Source of the DNA: Candidatus Latescibacterota bacterium
GTDB taxonomy: Bacteria > Latescibacterota > UBA2968 > GCA-2709665
NCBI GenBank assembly: GCA_963662665.2
Contig: CAXXJS010000008.1
Coordinates: 1-64,000 of the forward strand
DNA: 64,000 nucleotides
Direction of reading: 5' to 3'
The notes under the pieces are model-generated. The model saw only the letters and a list, made by a program, of their open reading frames with translations, had not been told where the DNA came from and ran no database searches. Both the position numbers and the translations under genes were made by a program. Shown here in pieces: positions 1 to 9,868 of this stretch; the stretch's first letter is position 1; each line of letters opens with the position of its first letter.

Positions 1-853
1 CTTCGTAGAGGTCGATAATGCCCTGTGCCTTTTTCAGGTTGTCCTGAGCTTGAACCCGGACAGCTTCGAGGAAAAACTGGCACCATCCGGTCCAGTCGTC
101 GTCACGCGAGACAGCAAGCAACCCGTCATAGTAGGCGTCACGGTGGGTTTCGAAGTAAGCGCTGATGTAAAACATGGGAGTTCTTATAAGGCCACATTGC
201 CACAGGAACAACGGTACCAGCATTCGACCAAGACGGCCGTTGCCATCCAAGAATGGGTGCAGGGCTTCGAACTCGGCGTGCAGAATGGCGAGTTGAACCA
301 ATTGGTCGGCCGCATCGATGTGAATGTAACGCTCCCACGCACTCATGGCATCGGGAAGCTTGTCCGCTCCAATCGGCACAAGCCTGGCTTCATCAATGGT
401 GCATCCAGGAGGGCCGATCCAACTGGGAACGCGTCGAAAATCGCCCGGAGACTCACCTTCTCCCCTTACCCCGGCCAAAAGCTCCCTATGGGCTTCGCGA
501 ATTACTCGATGGGAAAGCGGCAACTTCACCAGCATTTCTTCCGCCCGCCGCATGGCGGTCCGATAGTTGATTATTTCGTGAATGTCCTCTCTGCGTGCGG
601 GGGAATCCGGTTCCCGTCCGGCTTCGAATTCCAGCACCTCGCCCATCGTTGCCTGAGTGCCCTCAATGCGCGAGGAGAGTACGGCTTCCTGGGTTGTCAA
701 CGGCGCAAGCAAAATGCCGGTGTTAGGGGTGGCCGCAAGTGTACCGTCGTAACGTGCCATCGCCGCGGCGGCAGGGCCAATGAGTGGAATGAGCGCTGGC
801 CAGTCGAGATTATCGGGAGGGAACCGACCGGCGTGGTATTGGACAGGCACCAT
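1..853 (-). CDS. Fic/DOC family protein (3' end runs off the window; absent from the ORF track)
   Basis: Manual translation from ATG 853: MVPVQYHAGRFPPDNLDWPALIPLIG...EAVLSSRIEGTQ...HAEFEALHPFLDGNGRLGR (canonical Fic motif). Confidence 0.93.
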   Translation of the reverse strand, partial: MVPVQYHAGRFPPDNLDWPALIPLIGPAAAAMARYDGTLAATPNTGILLAPLTTQEAVLSSRIEGTQATMGEVLEFEAGREPDSPARREDIHEIINYRTAMRRAEEMLVKLPLSHRVIREAHRELLAGVRGEGESPGDFRRVPSWIGPPGCTIDEARLVPIGADKLPDAMSAWERYIHIDAADQLVQLAILHAEFEALHPFLDGNGRLGRMLVPLFLWQCGLIRTPMFYISAYFETHRDAYYDGLLAVSRDDDWTGWCQFFLEAVRVQAQDNLKKAQGIIDLYE

Positions 854-1180
854 TTGACGTATCCAGGTCCAGATTGCATGCCAGGGCCGCAACAAATTTA
901 GCAATCGCGCGGCCATTGTCGAAAAAACAGCGTCCTGCGCCCGTACCTGCTGAAAACACAATCGTTGTCGTACAGCTATGGCCAACAACACGTTTTGTTG
1001 GCCACTTTTCAGATTTTCTGGCCAACAACTGTCGTTGTGGGACATAGGTGGCCGTCAAAACACTTTTCTGCCTTCAGCGGTTTGCAACTGAATCCGCCAT
1101 ACCCCTTTCAGCTATGTCGTGACGGGGTGGGCATGAGTTGTTTCGCCGGCGAATTCATCCCTGTCCAATCGCAGCGCACC

Positions 1181-1522
1181 TCAAATGTCCTTCAAGAGTG
1201 CGTTCGTTTCTCGGACAAGGGTCGAAAGATTGGTCTCGATCACATCCCAAACCAGACGGTCGTCCACGTCGGCGTATTCGTGAATCAGGACGTTGCGGAA
1301 CGCAATGATGCGTTTATACTCTCTGATCCGGGCAACCACAGCTTGGCCAACTCTTGCAAGTTTCGTCATGGCCTCGCCAATGATCTCAAACTCACGCTCC
1401 ACTGCCGCCCGCAGCATGGAGTCCCGCTGATAGTCCGCAAACGTCTTGTCACGGACGAATTCAACCAATCAGCCCCCAGCCCTCTGGATATCGTACAGAT
1501 ATTTGAGCGCTTCAAGCCGCAT
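1181..1522 (-). pseudogene. HepT/DUF86 (HEPN) RNase toxin with an in-frame TGA at codon 18
   Basis: ATG 1522 overlaps the MNT gene end; MRLEALKYLYDIQRAGG*LVEFVRDK...EREFEIIGEA...RNVLIH (RX4H motif); TGA at 1469-1471. Confidence 0.85.
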
Positions 1523-1820
1523 AGAGCAGTTTCCTGGTTTCGTCGACGCGCTGTCGGAAGAAAGGGTTCTTGATGGCCGAATTGACAATTAGATCCACGC
1601 GGTGTCCAAAAAGGCGTTCCAGAGCCTCAAGCAGCCCGAAGTAGGCGTCGGCATATTCTCCTGAATGCAGGGTCTGGAATTCAACTAGAAAGTCCAGGTC
1701 GCTGTCGTCCCCCTGGTATTTGTCTCGAGCAGCCGAGCCAAAAAGATCAAGCCTCCGGACACGGTAACGAACACAGAGTCGCTGCAGTTCGTCTACCTTT
1801 TCCTCGACAATAGAAATCAT
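1512..1820 (-). CDS. MNT (minimal nucleotidyltransferase) antitoxin
   Basis: LFGSAAR...SDLDFLVEF motif, 102 aa, upstream of the HEPN gene. Confidence 0.9.
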   Translation of the reverse strand: MISIVEEKVDELQRLCVRYRVRRLDLFGSAARDKYQGDDSDLDFLVEFQTLHSGEYADAYFGLLEALERLFGHRVDLIVNSAIKNPFFRQRVDETRKLLYAA

Positions 1821-2000
1821 CGAACGTACTCCTGTTCAATTGGACCTAAAGCAGAGACTGACCGTTGGGATTCTGCAGTTTGAATTGCGATCCGTTCCAC
1901 TTTGCCATTGTGCGGACCTCTATTGGATTCACTCGGTTACAGAAGTCTTATAGTTACTTTACCGGATGATGTCAAGCCTTCGTTGGGACAAAAATAAACC

Positions 2001-2026
2001 GGGCGCCCACAAGAGGCGCCCCTGCA
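2001..2026. repeat. REP-like palindrome (GTAG-type family)
   Basis: gggcgcccacaagaggcgcccctgca; near-identical copy at 3542-3567 and related inverted copy at 3718-3741. Confidence 0.6.
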
Positions 2027-2078
2027 GTTCCGGCGGAGGGTTTGGCGACGTGTCAAACTGTATCGGCTGTAATTGCGG

Positions 2079-2498
2079 TCACTGCGGTTCCCAGGGATTG
2101 ATGACGTCAACGTCCAGGCCGCTGAAATCGGCTACGTTTCCGGTTGCAACCGACAGTTCATTCGCCCGGGCGGTTCCGGCGACCAGCGCATCCCCCAGGT
2201 CCAGGACCCGTCCGCCGCGATGCGCCTGCGTTCGAAAGACGGCGGCCCACTCTGCTCCTTACCTATCGACAGGAAGAATGCGGTCCTGGTAGTCCGCGAT
2301 GATTCCTGACAGCGCCGCGCGCAGTACGTCGCGCCGTCGTCCGTGACGCAACAACTGCAAACCGAACTCCAACTCATGTACCACCACCGCGGACAGCCAC
2401 AGGTCGTGATGCTCGGCCAGGAATGCCATTACGTTCGAGTCCGGCTAGATCCGGGTCAGTTCCGAGACGACGTTGGTATCCAGGAGAAACCCGTTCAC
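2079..2498 (-). pseudogene. vapC: VapC/PIN toxin pseudogene with two in-frame stops
   Basis: GTG 2498 overlaps the antitoxin TGA; MNGFLLDTNVVSELTRI*PD...DRILPVDR*GAEW...GDALVAGTARANELSVATGNVADF...INPW; TAG 2445-2447, TAA 2259-2261. Confidence 0.88.
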
Positions 2499-2779
2499 CC
2501 GGCGCCTCCATCAGCGAACGGGATCTCGCGCCGGGACGTTCGATCGGCAGGAATATCTAGATTCGTGCCGCGCGGCATGTTGTCGACCAGCCACTGGCCA
2601 AGCGGCTTGCGCTGTGTCGACTGAGCCTTCCATATATGCTCGGGCACCACAACGAAAGCCTTCCGCGCGCCGATTCGCTGCGGGCCTTCCGCTTCCGACA
2701 GACGAAGGATTTCAGAAAGGCGCGCCTTGGCCTCCGCGACGGTCCAGACCCGGCCCGGTTTTAGATACTTCGCAGCCAT
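2495..2779 (-). CDS. Phd/YefM family antitoxin
   Basis: WTVAEAKARLSEILR...GPQRI N-terminal Phd signature; coupled to the PIN gene. Confidence 0.85.
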   Translation of the reverse strand: MAAKYLKPGRVWTVAEAKARLSEILRLSEAEGPQRIGARKAFVVVPEHIWKAQSTQRKPLGQWLVDNMPRGTNLDIPADRTSRREIPFADGGAG

Positions 2780-2861
2780 ATTTTCTTTCTTTAATACACC
2801 GAATGCGATTTAGGAATCGTCTCGCTCCTCATCCTGAATTCGCTCGACGTCGTGGTAGTCC

Positions 2862-3194
2862 CTATTCCCCGTACATCTCAGTGATGATGCGACGCAGCTG
2901 GGCCGCTTCTTCGGCGGAAAGCCGGTCGATTTGGCGCATGAGTCTCTGCTTGCTGATGGTACGGATCTGATCCACAGCAATTTCAGCCTCTTTGCCCGCG
3001 CATTGGATCTGCATTCTACCCCGCCAATGCGGATGTAGAGATGTGGTAAGCGGACACACGACAACCGTATTCAGAAACCGGTTCATTTCATCCTGACTGA
3101 CCACCAGAACCGGACGAACCTTTTGAATCTCTCCACCTACGGCGGGATTGAGGTCGGCCAAATATATCGTGTATCGGCGGGGATATGTGGACAT
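2862..3194 (-). CDS. mazF: MazF/PemK family endoribonuclease toxin
   Basis: ADLNPAVGGEIQKVRPVLVVSQ...VVCPLTT...DQIRTISKQRL. Confidence 0.93.
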   Translation of the reverse strand: MSTYPRRYTIYLADLNPAVGGEIQKVRPVLVVSQDEMNRFLNTVVVCPLTTSLHPHWRGRMQIQCAGKEAEIAVDQIRTISKQRLMRQIDRLSAEEAAQLRRIITEMYGE

Positions 3195-3436
3195 CAGTCC
3201 AGTCCATCCGCGATCGTCGCGTCGAGGTCGCTCCAGTCTTCATTCTCAGCGGCCATCTCGCGGTATGTTTCGTTCCAAGACAGTTTATTCAGTTCTTTCC
3301 CATACAGAAGAACCCCTCGTTCGGTCTCTTCCATTACGAGCGAGTCCCCCCATCCGTATTTCTGCAGCACAGCTTTCGGTAGCCGAATACCCCTGGAGTT
3401 ACCTATCGCGATAAGTTTGACATTCCTGATTGCCAT
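3194..3436 (-). CDS. mazE: MazE/AbrB family antitoxin
   Basis: KLIAIGNSRGIRLPK AbrB motif; stop overlaps the mazF start. Confidence 0.9.
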   Translation of the reverse strand: MAIRNVKLIAIGNSRGIRLPKAVLQKYGWGDSLVMEETERGVLLYGKELNKLSWNETYREMAAENEDWSDLDATIADGLD

Positions 3437-3541
3437 ATTGCCGACCTCTGATTGGATGAAAATCGTGAAGATGGTTATGTAATTATAGTAATTACTTTTA
3501 GGAACAGAGTCAAGCCATCATGCGAGCAATAAAAAAAGATC

Positions 3542-3741
3542 GGGCGCCCACAAGGGACGCCCCTACACCTCTGGTATTTCCGCAAATGGCAACAGCCATT
3601 ACGTTAGATATACCCAATAGAACCGATAGAAATCGGTTGGGCGATTTGCCCCATTCCGGGGGATCATTACCCCTGCATCGGCCACCCTCAACCCCAATCG
3701 AATCCACCATCCTGCGTTGGGGCAACCCTTGTGGTTGCCCT
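3542..3741. repeat. Inverted pair of REP-like palindromes
   Basis: gggcgcccacaagggacgcccctaca (reverse complement begins tGTAGggg) and tggggcaacccttgtggttgccct. Confidence 0.55.
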
Positions 3742-3847
3742 GGTCTCCGTGGCGTCACGAGAGCACGAATTTATCTGACACCAAAAATTTTCTTGTGGAT
3801 TACACAAGAAATCTTGTGGTGTCGCCACGTCACGCCTCTCTGCCGTA

Positions 3848-6307
3848 TCACGATTTCAGTCTCTCACCTCGCGGATCGTAGAGGGGCTCGTGCGATACCG
3901 TGGCGCGATGGCAGTTGCCGAAGTATTCGATTTCGACGGATGTGCCCGGCTTCGCGAATTCCAGGGGGAGATAACCGTACGCGATGAATTCGCCAACCGT
4001 GTACCCGTGATTGGCGCTGGTGACGTACCCGAGAACGCGGCTGCCGTTCAGTATGGGTTCCTTGCCCATCACAACCGCGCATGGGTCGTCCAGCGTGAGG
4101 CAGCAGAGCTTCCGTGCGATCCCCTTTTTCCGGATTTCCAGCAGCGCCTCCCGCCCCGTGAAGTCCCCTTTTTCGAGTCTGACCGCCCATCCGAGGCCGG
4201 CTTCATAGGGATTGTACTCCGTGTGAATATCCGCGCCCCACAGGCGGTATCCCTTTTCGAGACGGAGCGAGTCGAACGCGCCGCCGCCGAGCGCAACGAG
4301 GCCGTGGTCGCCGCCCGCCTCCCAGAGCGTGTCCCACAGGCGGAGCCCGAACTCGGATGGCGCGTAGATTTCCCATCCCGGCTCTCCCACGTAGGACAGC
4401 CGCAGCGCAAGGACCGGAACGGCGCCGATCCGGATCTCCCGCGCGGAAAAATACGGGAACGCCCGGTTGGTCAGATCGTCGTTGCAGACCCGCTGGAGGA
4501 TCCTTCGGGCTTCGGGCCCCCAGAGTCCCAGGCCGCAAAAGGCGGAGGTCACGTCGGTAATGTGAACCGCGCGCTCGTCCCGGCTATGGAGCGAAAGCCA
4601 CGCCAGGTCGCGCATCCCGGTCGCGGCCCCGGTAAGGACCAGGAATCGGTCGGGAGCCAGCCGGGTAATGGTCAGGTCGGAAACGATTCCACCTCTTGAA
4701 TTCAGCAGAGCGGTGTAGACAACCGCGCCCACGGGGCGGTCGATCCTGTTGGCGGCGATTCGTTCCAGAAAATCCAGCGCGCCTTCGCCTGCAACTTCGA
4801 TTTTCGTGAACGGCGTGATATCGCACAACCCCGCGCGCTGCCGCGTGGCCCTGTGTTCCACGCCCTGAACGGGAGACCAGTACCGCGCCTCCCAGCCGCT
4901 TCGCGATGGCAGGTCTTCCACTTCGTCCAGCAAAGCGCCGTTGGCTTCGAACCATTGCGGGCGTTCCCAGCCCGCGCCTTCAAAGAATACGGCATCCAGT
5001 TCATTCAGACGCGGATGAAAAGGGCTGACGCGCAGGTCACGCGGATGATCCATCTGTTCAAGCGGATGGATGATATCGTAGACTTCGCGGTACTGTTGCG
5101 CGCCCCGGGCATCGACATATTCCGGGGTGTAGACGTGCGGCCCGAAGCGGTTGACATCGGCGTCCCGGAGGTCGATTTGCGGCGCGCGGGAGTCCATCCA
5201 TTCCGCCACGACCTGCCCAACGCCGCCGCCGTGCGTGATCCACACCGCTTCGGCAACCCAGAGCCCGCGAACGTCCACGGACTCCCCGAGAAGGGGCAGC
5301 CCGTCAGGTGTGAAGGAGAACAGGCCGTTGATCCTGTAGTCGAGACCCGCGCGTCTCAGGGCGGGCAGGAGTTCGTCCGCCGCTTCTCGCGCCGCCGAGA
5401 AGTGTTCAGGCGTGAATTCCATGATTGAGGGCGAGAGCTTTGCTTTGTCCGGGCTGACCAGGTCGTCCGGACGCACCAGAAGCGGTTCGTGGTTGTAGGA
5501 GCCGATGCCGTACCTGTCTGCCTGCTGCCGGAAATACATGGCGGAATCCTGGTGCCGCAGGATGGGATGGACGACCTCACGGGTCTCGCCCGCCAGTTCC
5601 GGCAGCGGTCCTGTCAGGGCGTAGAGGTGTTGTACGGGGGTGAGCGGGATGGAAACGCCCACCATGCGGCCGATGCGCGGCCCCCAGATTCCCGCGCAGA
5701 TCAACACCTGGTCCGAGGCAATGCGGCCCCGGTCGGTGTTGACACCCCTGACTCTGCCATTGACGACCTCGATTCCGGTGACTGTGGTTCCACCGTGAAA
5801 GCCCGCGCCGGGTTCCGATGCGCGCGCCATCGCTTCGCAGGCGCGTACGGCTTTGGCGATGCCGTCTGAAGGGACGTAGTACGCGCCATGGATTCGGCCG
5901 GCATCCAGGAGGGGCAGCCTGGACCTGGCCTCTTCGGGCGAAATGAGGTGGGCTTCCAGGTTCCATGACCTGGCGGCGCCGAGTTTGCGCTTCAGGTCTT
6001 CCAGACGTTCGGGGGTGTACGCAACCTCGAGACTGCCCACCGGGTGGAAACAGGGCCGACCATCCAGGTTCAGCGTATTGTACAGCTCGACCGTGTCCTT
6101 CGCCAGGTCGGTCATCGTCTTCGAGAAGTTGGTCTGGAAAACCAGTCCCGGAGCATGGGACGTCGACCCGCCGGTATCGAACAGCGGCCCCTGATCCAGG
6201 ACCACAATGTCTTTCCATCCCAGGCGTGTGAGATAATAGACGGTGCTGCAGCCAACGATACCGGCGCCGATGACAACCAGGCGCGACTGGGATTGCATCG
6301 CGGTCAC
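3848..6307 (-). CDS. Dimethylglycine oxidase / sarcosine dehydrogenase-like FAD oxidoreductase with GcvT folate-binding domain
   Basis: VVIGAGIVG FAD motif, GGSTSHAPG, FSFTPDG, GWERP, LRLEKGY; 819 aa. Confidence 0.9.
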   Translation of the reverse strand: MTAMQSQSRLVVIGAGIVGCSTVYYLTRLGWKDIVVLDQGPLFDTGGSTSHAPGLVFQTNFSKTMTDLAKDTVELYNTLNLDGRPCFHPVGSLEVAYTPERLEDLKRKLGAARSWNLEAHLISPEEARSRLPLLDAGRIHGAYYVPSDGIAKAVRACEAMARASEPGAGFHGGTTVTGIEVVNGRVRGVNTDRGRIASDQVLICAGIWGPRIGRMVGVSIPLTPVQHLYALTGPLPELAGETREVVHPILRHQDSAMYFRQQADRYGIGSYNHEPLLVRPDDLVSPDKAKLSPSIMEFTPEHFSAAREAADELLPALRRAGLDYRINGLFSFTPDGLPLLGESVDVRGLWVAEAVWITHGGGVGQVVAEWMDSRAPQIDLRDADVNRFGPHVYTPEYVDARGAQQYREVYDIIHPLEQMDHPRDLRVSPFHPRLNELDAVFFEGAGWERPQWFEANGALLDEVEDLPSRSGWEARYWSPVQGVEHRATRQRAGLCDITPFTKIEVAGEGALDFLERIAANRIDRPVGAVVYTALLNSRGGIVSDLTITRLAPDRFLVLTGAATGMRDLAWLSLHSRDERAVHITDVTSAFCGLGLWGPEARRILQRVCNDDLTNRAFPYFSAREIRIGAVPVLALRLSYVGEPGWEIYAPSEFGLRLWDTLWEAGGDHGLVALGGGAFDSLRLEKGYRLWGADIHTEYNPYEAGLGWAVRLEKGDFTGREALLEIRKKGIARKLCCLTLDDPCAVVMGKEPILNGSRVLGYVTSANHGYTVGEFIAYGYLPLEFAKPGTSVEIEYFGNCHRATVSHEPLYDPRGERLKS

Positions 6308-6521
6308 TCCGACTATGCCGGACTATGGCTTCGTCCGCGCACCAGGGCGTATGAGATGCGCCAATTTTCGAATAAATCGCTTGACATTGACATTTCAGTT
6401 CGCTTTTTTGTCATGCTGCCCGAGATCCGGTTGCGGTACCCGACAAACGGGGATTGATGTACCGTAGAATCCGCTGAATACCGAAACCTGCCGAAGGAAC
6501 TCAAGAAAAAGGAGGGCTGCA

Positions 6522-7157
6522 ATGCCATTGCGATTGGGTGACGACGCACCCGATTTTACCGCGCAAACGACAGAGGGTACGGTCCGTTTTCACGAATGGC
6601 TGGGAGACGGATGGGGCATCCTGTTTTCGCACCCCGCCGATTTTACGCCGGTCTGTACCACAGAACTAGGCGTCGTTGCCAAGCTGAAAGCCGAGTTTGC
6701 AAAGCGAGACGTTAAGGTGATCGGGGTGAGCGTGGACCCGCTGGATTCCCATAACGGCTGGGTGAGCGACATTAACGAGACCCAGAATACCACCGTGAAC
6801 TTCCCGCTGATTGCAGATCCGGACAAGATCGTGGCCAGCATGTACGACATGATTCATCCGAACGAAGACGACAAGGCCACGGTACGGTCCGTATTCGTGA
6901 TCGGGCCGGACAAGAAGGTCAAACTGACGTTGACCTATCCGGCTTCGACCGGGCGGAATTTCGCCGAGATCCTGCGGGTAATCGATTCGCTGCAACTCAC
7001 GGCCTACCACCAGGTGGCAACGCCCGCGAACTGGGAGGATGGCGAGGATTGCATCATTGTTCCCGCAGTTACCGACGAAGAGGCAACCGGGAAATTTCCG
7101 AAGGGATTTACGACTGTAAAGCCGTATCTGAGGTACACCCCGCAACCGAACAAATAG
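6522..7157 (+). CDS. 1-Cys peroxiredoxin (Prx6 family)
   Basis: FSHPADFTPVCTTE, YPASTGRNF, ATPANW. Confidence 0.95.
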   Translation: MPLRLGDDAPDFTAQTTEGTVRFHEWLGDGWGILFSHPADFTPVCTTELGVVAKLKAEFAKRDVKVIGVSVDPLDSHNGWVSDINETQNTTVNFPLIADPDKIVASMYDMIHPNEDDKATVRSVFVIGPDKKVKLTLTYPASTGRNFAEILRVIDSLQLTAYHQVATPANWEDGEDCIIVPAVTDEEATGKFPKGFTTVKPYLRYTPQPNK

Positions 7158-7284
7158 CGGCAGTCCGAGCAAATGCCCGTCAGCCTGCGATGCGCCTCCT
7201 CTGGAGATGCGACGCAGGCTGTTTTTTGTTTAAAAGTTGGGACGGCACACGAAAAGTCCGGAAATCCGCTCGGGATGACCTGAT

Positions 7285-7962
7285 CTACGACGCCAGTCCA
7301 ACGACCTCCTGAAGGCTGGATATCTCGTAGTCCGGTTGCGGAATGTCCGGCTTGAGCGCCTCGCCTTTGCGGTTCAGCCAGGCAATCCTCATGCCCGCCC
7401 GCCGGGCGCCCACGATGTCGTCGTCCTGGGAATCGCCCACGTAGAGGGTTTCTTCCGGGCGGCTGCCGATCAGGCGCAGGGCTTCGTGAAAGATTCCCGG
7501 CGCCGGCTTGTAGGCGCGTGCGGACTCCGAACTGACAACCACGCGAAACGACAGGTTGTTTTTTCTGAGCGCGATACTCAAATGGTCCTCATCCGCATTG
7601 GATATCACGCCGGTCCGATAGGACTCGAGTCCGGCCAGCGCGGGCTTGACATCCTCGTATAGAGGCGCATCGGCGAAAACATCGAACAGGCCGTGGACGT
7701 AGTGTTCGAAGGAAACGCGTCTCCCGAGTTTCTCAAACGTCCGTTCGAGGCTGATGAGATGCGCCTGACGCATGGTGTAGAACGTCTCGCCCCAGAGAAG
7801 CGGAAAAAATGACAGGTCCCAGGTATTGAAGAAATCCATCGCGGACATGTCGAGTTCCTGCTCCCGGACAATGCGGCCGCACAGGGCGTGCAGTTTGTCC
7901 ATGGCGCCCGCGAATAGCGTTTCGTAGCCGTCGAAGAATATGGTGGTGATACCTGTTGACAT
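7285..7962 (-). CDS. HAD family hydrolase
   Basis: FFDGYETL, ISNAD, YKP..IF, VGDSQDDDIVGA. Confidence 0.88.
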   Translation of the reverse strand: MSTGITTIFFDGYETLFAGAMDKLHALCGRIVREQELDMSAMDFFNTWDLSFFPLLWGETFYTMRQAHLISLERTFEKLGRRVSFEHYVHGLFDVFADAPLYEDVKPALAGLESYRTGVISNADEDHLSIALRKNNLSFRVVVSSESARAYKPAPGIFHEALRLIGSRPEETLYVGDSQDDDIVGARRAGMRIAWLNRKGEALKPDIPQPDYEISSLQEVVGLAS

Positions 7963-8058
7963 TATCTCAGGCCCTTCCCGACAGATGGGACTTCATCACC
8001 GTGGATGGTGGGTCCGCCGGTAAGACGCTTCACACAGGTCAAGGTTAGCGGCAGGGCG

Positions 8059-9837
8059 TTATTTCCCTTTACGCTGCCCGGTTGCGCTGCTGCCTTTCGG
8101 GGTCACCGGGCCGGTGGGCGCTTCGCTGCTGTAAAGTGCGCCGCCGCGCTCGTAGGATACGGAAACCTGCCCGTCGCTGACTTCCAGGCGAGGGACGTTC
8201 TGATTGAAGACGTCCCGGTCCGGCCCGCGCATAACGGCCAACTGGGCGTCGGTCATCTCCTCCACCAGATCGCCCCATCGGTTCTCGGGGTGCGCCATCT
8301 CGCCGCCGCTGCGGTTGAAGTTGCGGGAGGAATATTTGATCAGGACGGCACGGCGCGCAATCTCGTTCTTCCACGCAAGCGCGCCGTGCGTCTGGCCCCC
8401 ATCCATAAAAAAGAGCACGTCGCCGGCCTTCATTTCGGGCTGGACGACCAGGCCCATGTGGTCATCGCACGACCGCACGCCCGGGGGCATACGGTACTGG
8501 GCTTTATGACTGCCGGGCACGCAGGCGAACCCGCCCTGGCCCGCGGGTACGTCCCGCAATTGCCAGCTCACCGTCACGGCCTCGCAATAGCTGCGGCCGT
8601 TCTGGTAGATATAACCACGGCCGGGGTTCAGGGGTTCGTTGGCATCGTGCAACGAGTGGCCCGAGCCGCCCTTCACGGAACAGAAGGCCGTCGCGCCGCC
8701 CATCCGGCCGCCGCTCGCGCCCATCCAGTTGAGACGGTGCTCCACGACAGGGTGGGCGACCATGCGCCGGAAGGGGTCGCAGTAGGGTTCCGGAAGTTGC
8801 AGCAGGCCCGAAAGCAGCGGCCGACCTGTCCCGGCGAGCGCCCTGGATCCGCCGGAGAGTTCCCGTCCCACTTCGATCCGGTCTTCGTATCGATCGACGG
8901 CTTCGTTGGCCTGTTCAAGCCAGCCTTCGTCCATCACGTTCCGCAGGACGAGGTGCCCGCAGAGGTCCCAGAAATAGAACTCCTTCTCGTCGATGCCGGA
9001 GTCCGGATTCCTGACGTAGACGGACGGATGGTAGAGGTCCCGCGATTCGTCGACGCGCACCGACTCTCCGTCCGTGAGGATCGTGGGCGGCGGCGTGGTG
9101 GTCCGGTAGCCGGGTTGATGGAGCGAGGCCCTCTGTTCGGCTGTAATGGCGGACATCCATTCGGGCGTGGGATCTTCTCCCGCCGCGGGACCGGTTCCGG
9201 GCGTTCGGATCACACCCCGGCCTGCGAACTCGTACGAAAGCAGGCGGTGCGGGCCGGCCCCCCTCCATGGTCTGGTGCCCTGCAACACCGCGCCGGCAAC
9301 CAGGAGAAGGTCGCCAGCCTTGAGCGCGAGCTGAAGCGTGAGCCCAATATCGTCCCTGCCGGTTAGTACGTCCTCAGGGGTCTCTACGTTTGATTTGTGA
9401 GAGCACGGCACAATGACGAAACCGCCTGCGCCCGCCTCCACGTCCGCCAGCGCCCACACGGCCCGGACCGTCTCGCTGAAGCGACGTCCGTTCTGGTAGT
9501 AGTAGGCCCGGGTCGGGTCGCGCGGTTCGTTGCCACCCTCAAGGGGCGCATCGGGTTCGGTCGCGTCGTCGCAGAGAAGCTCCGGTTCGGTCTCCAGACG
9601 GAACCCCTGCCCGACAATCTGATTCAGGTACCAAACGAGGTGCGGATGGACCAGAAGGTCACGAAAGGGTTCGCGCAGCGGGTGAGGCAACCCCAATATG
9701 CCCTGCGATCCCCCGCCGGTATCGATCGCCGAATTCAGCGCTGCAATCTCGCCTCTGCCCAGGACGCCCCTGACAATCAGGTAACCGGCAACGTCGAAGC
9801 AGTAGTTTTCCTCGTTGCTCATTGATTCGCGGTCCAT
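8059..9837 (-). CDS. Tandem two-domain PhyH-family Fe/2OG oxygenase
   Basis: Two repeats of Y.FD..G.L...PCSHK/PGSHK...KAGD; ATG 9837 follows a GGGAGGA RBS. Confidence 0.85.
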   Translation of the reverse strand: MDRESMSNEENYCFDVAGYLIVRGVLGRGEIAALNSAIDTGGGSQGILGLPHPLREPFRDLLVHPHLVWYLNQIVGQGFRLETEPELLCDDATEPDAPLEGGNEPRDPTRAYYYQNGRRFSETVRAVWALADVEAGAGGFVIVPCSHKSNVETPEDVLTGRDDIGLTLQLALKAGDLLLVAGAVLQGTRPWRGAGPHRLLSYEFAGRGVIRTPGTGPAAGEDPTPEWMSAITAEQRASLHQPGYRTTTPPPTILTDGESVRVDESRDLYHPSVYVRNPDSGIDEKEFYFWDLCGHLVLRNVMDEGWLEQANEAVDRYEDRIEVGRELSGGSRALAGTGRPLLSGLLQLPEPYCDPFRRMVAHPVVEHRLNWMGASGGRMGGATAFCSVKGGSGHSLHDANEPLNPGRGYIYQNGRSYCEAVTVSWQLRDVPAGQGGFACVPGSHKAQYRMPPGVRSCDDHMGLVVQPEMKAGDVLFFMDGGQTHGALAWKNEIARRAVLIKYSSRNFNRSGGEMAHPENRWGDLVEEMTDAQLAVMRGPDRDVFNQNVPRLEVSDGQVSVSYERGGALYSSEAPTGPVTPKGSSATGQRKGK

Positions 9838-9868
9838 AATTCTTCCTCCCTGAAATTCGGTACGGGAA

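Noticed and set aside
50-901. 283-aa plus-strand ORF
   Set aside because: Antisense to the Fic gene, which carries the canonical motif.
1469-1471. HepT in-frame TGA as selenocysteine
   Set aside because: Not a Cys or redox position in HEPN toxins; a nonsense mutation is the simpler explanation.
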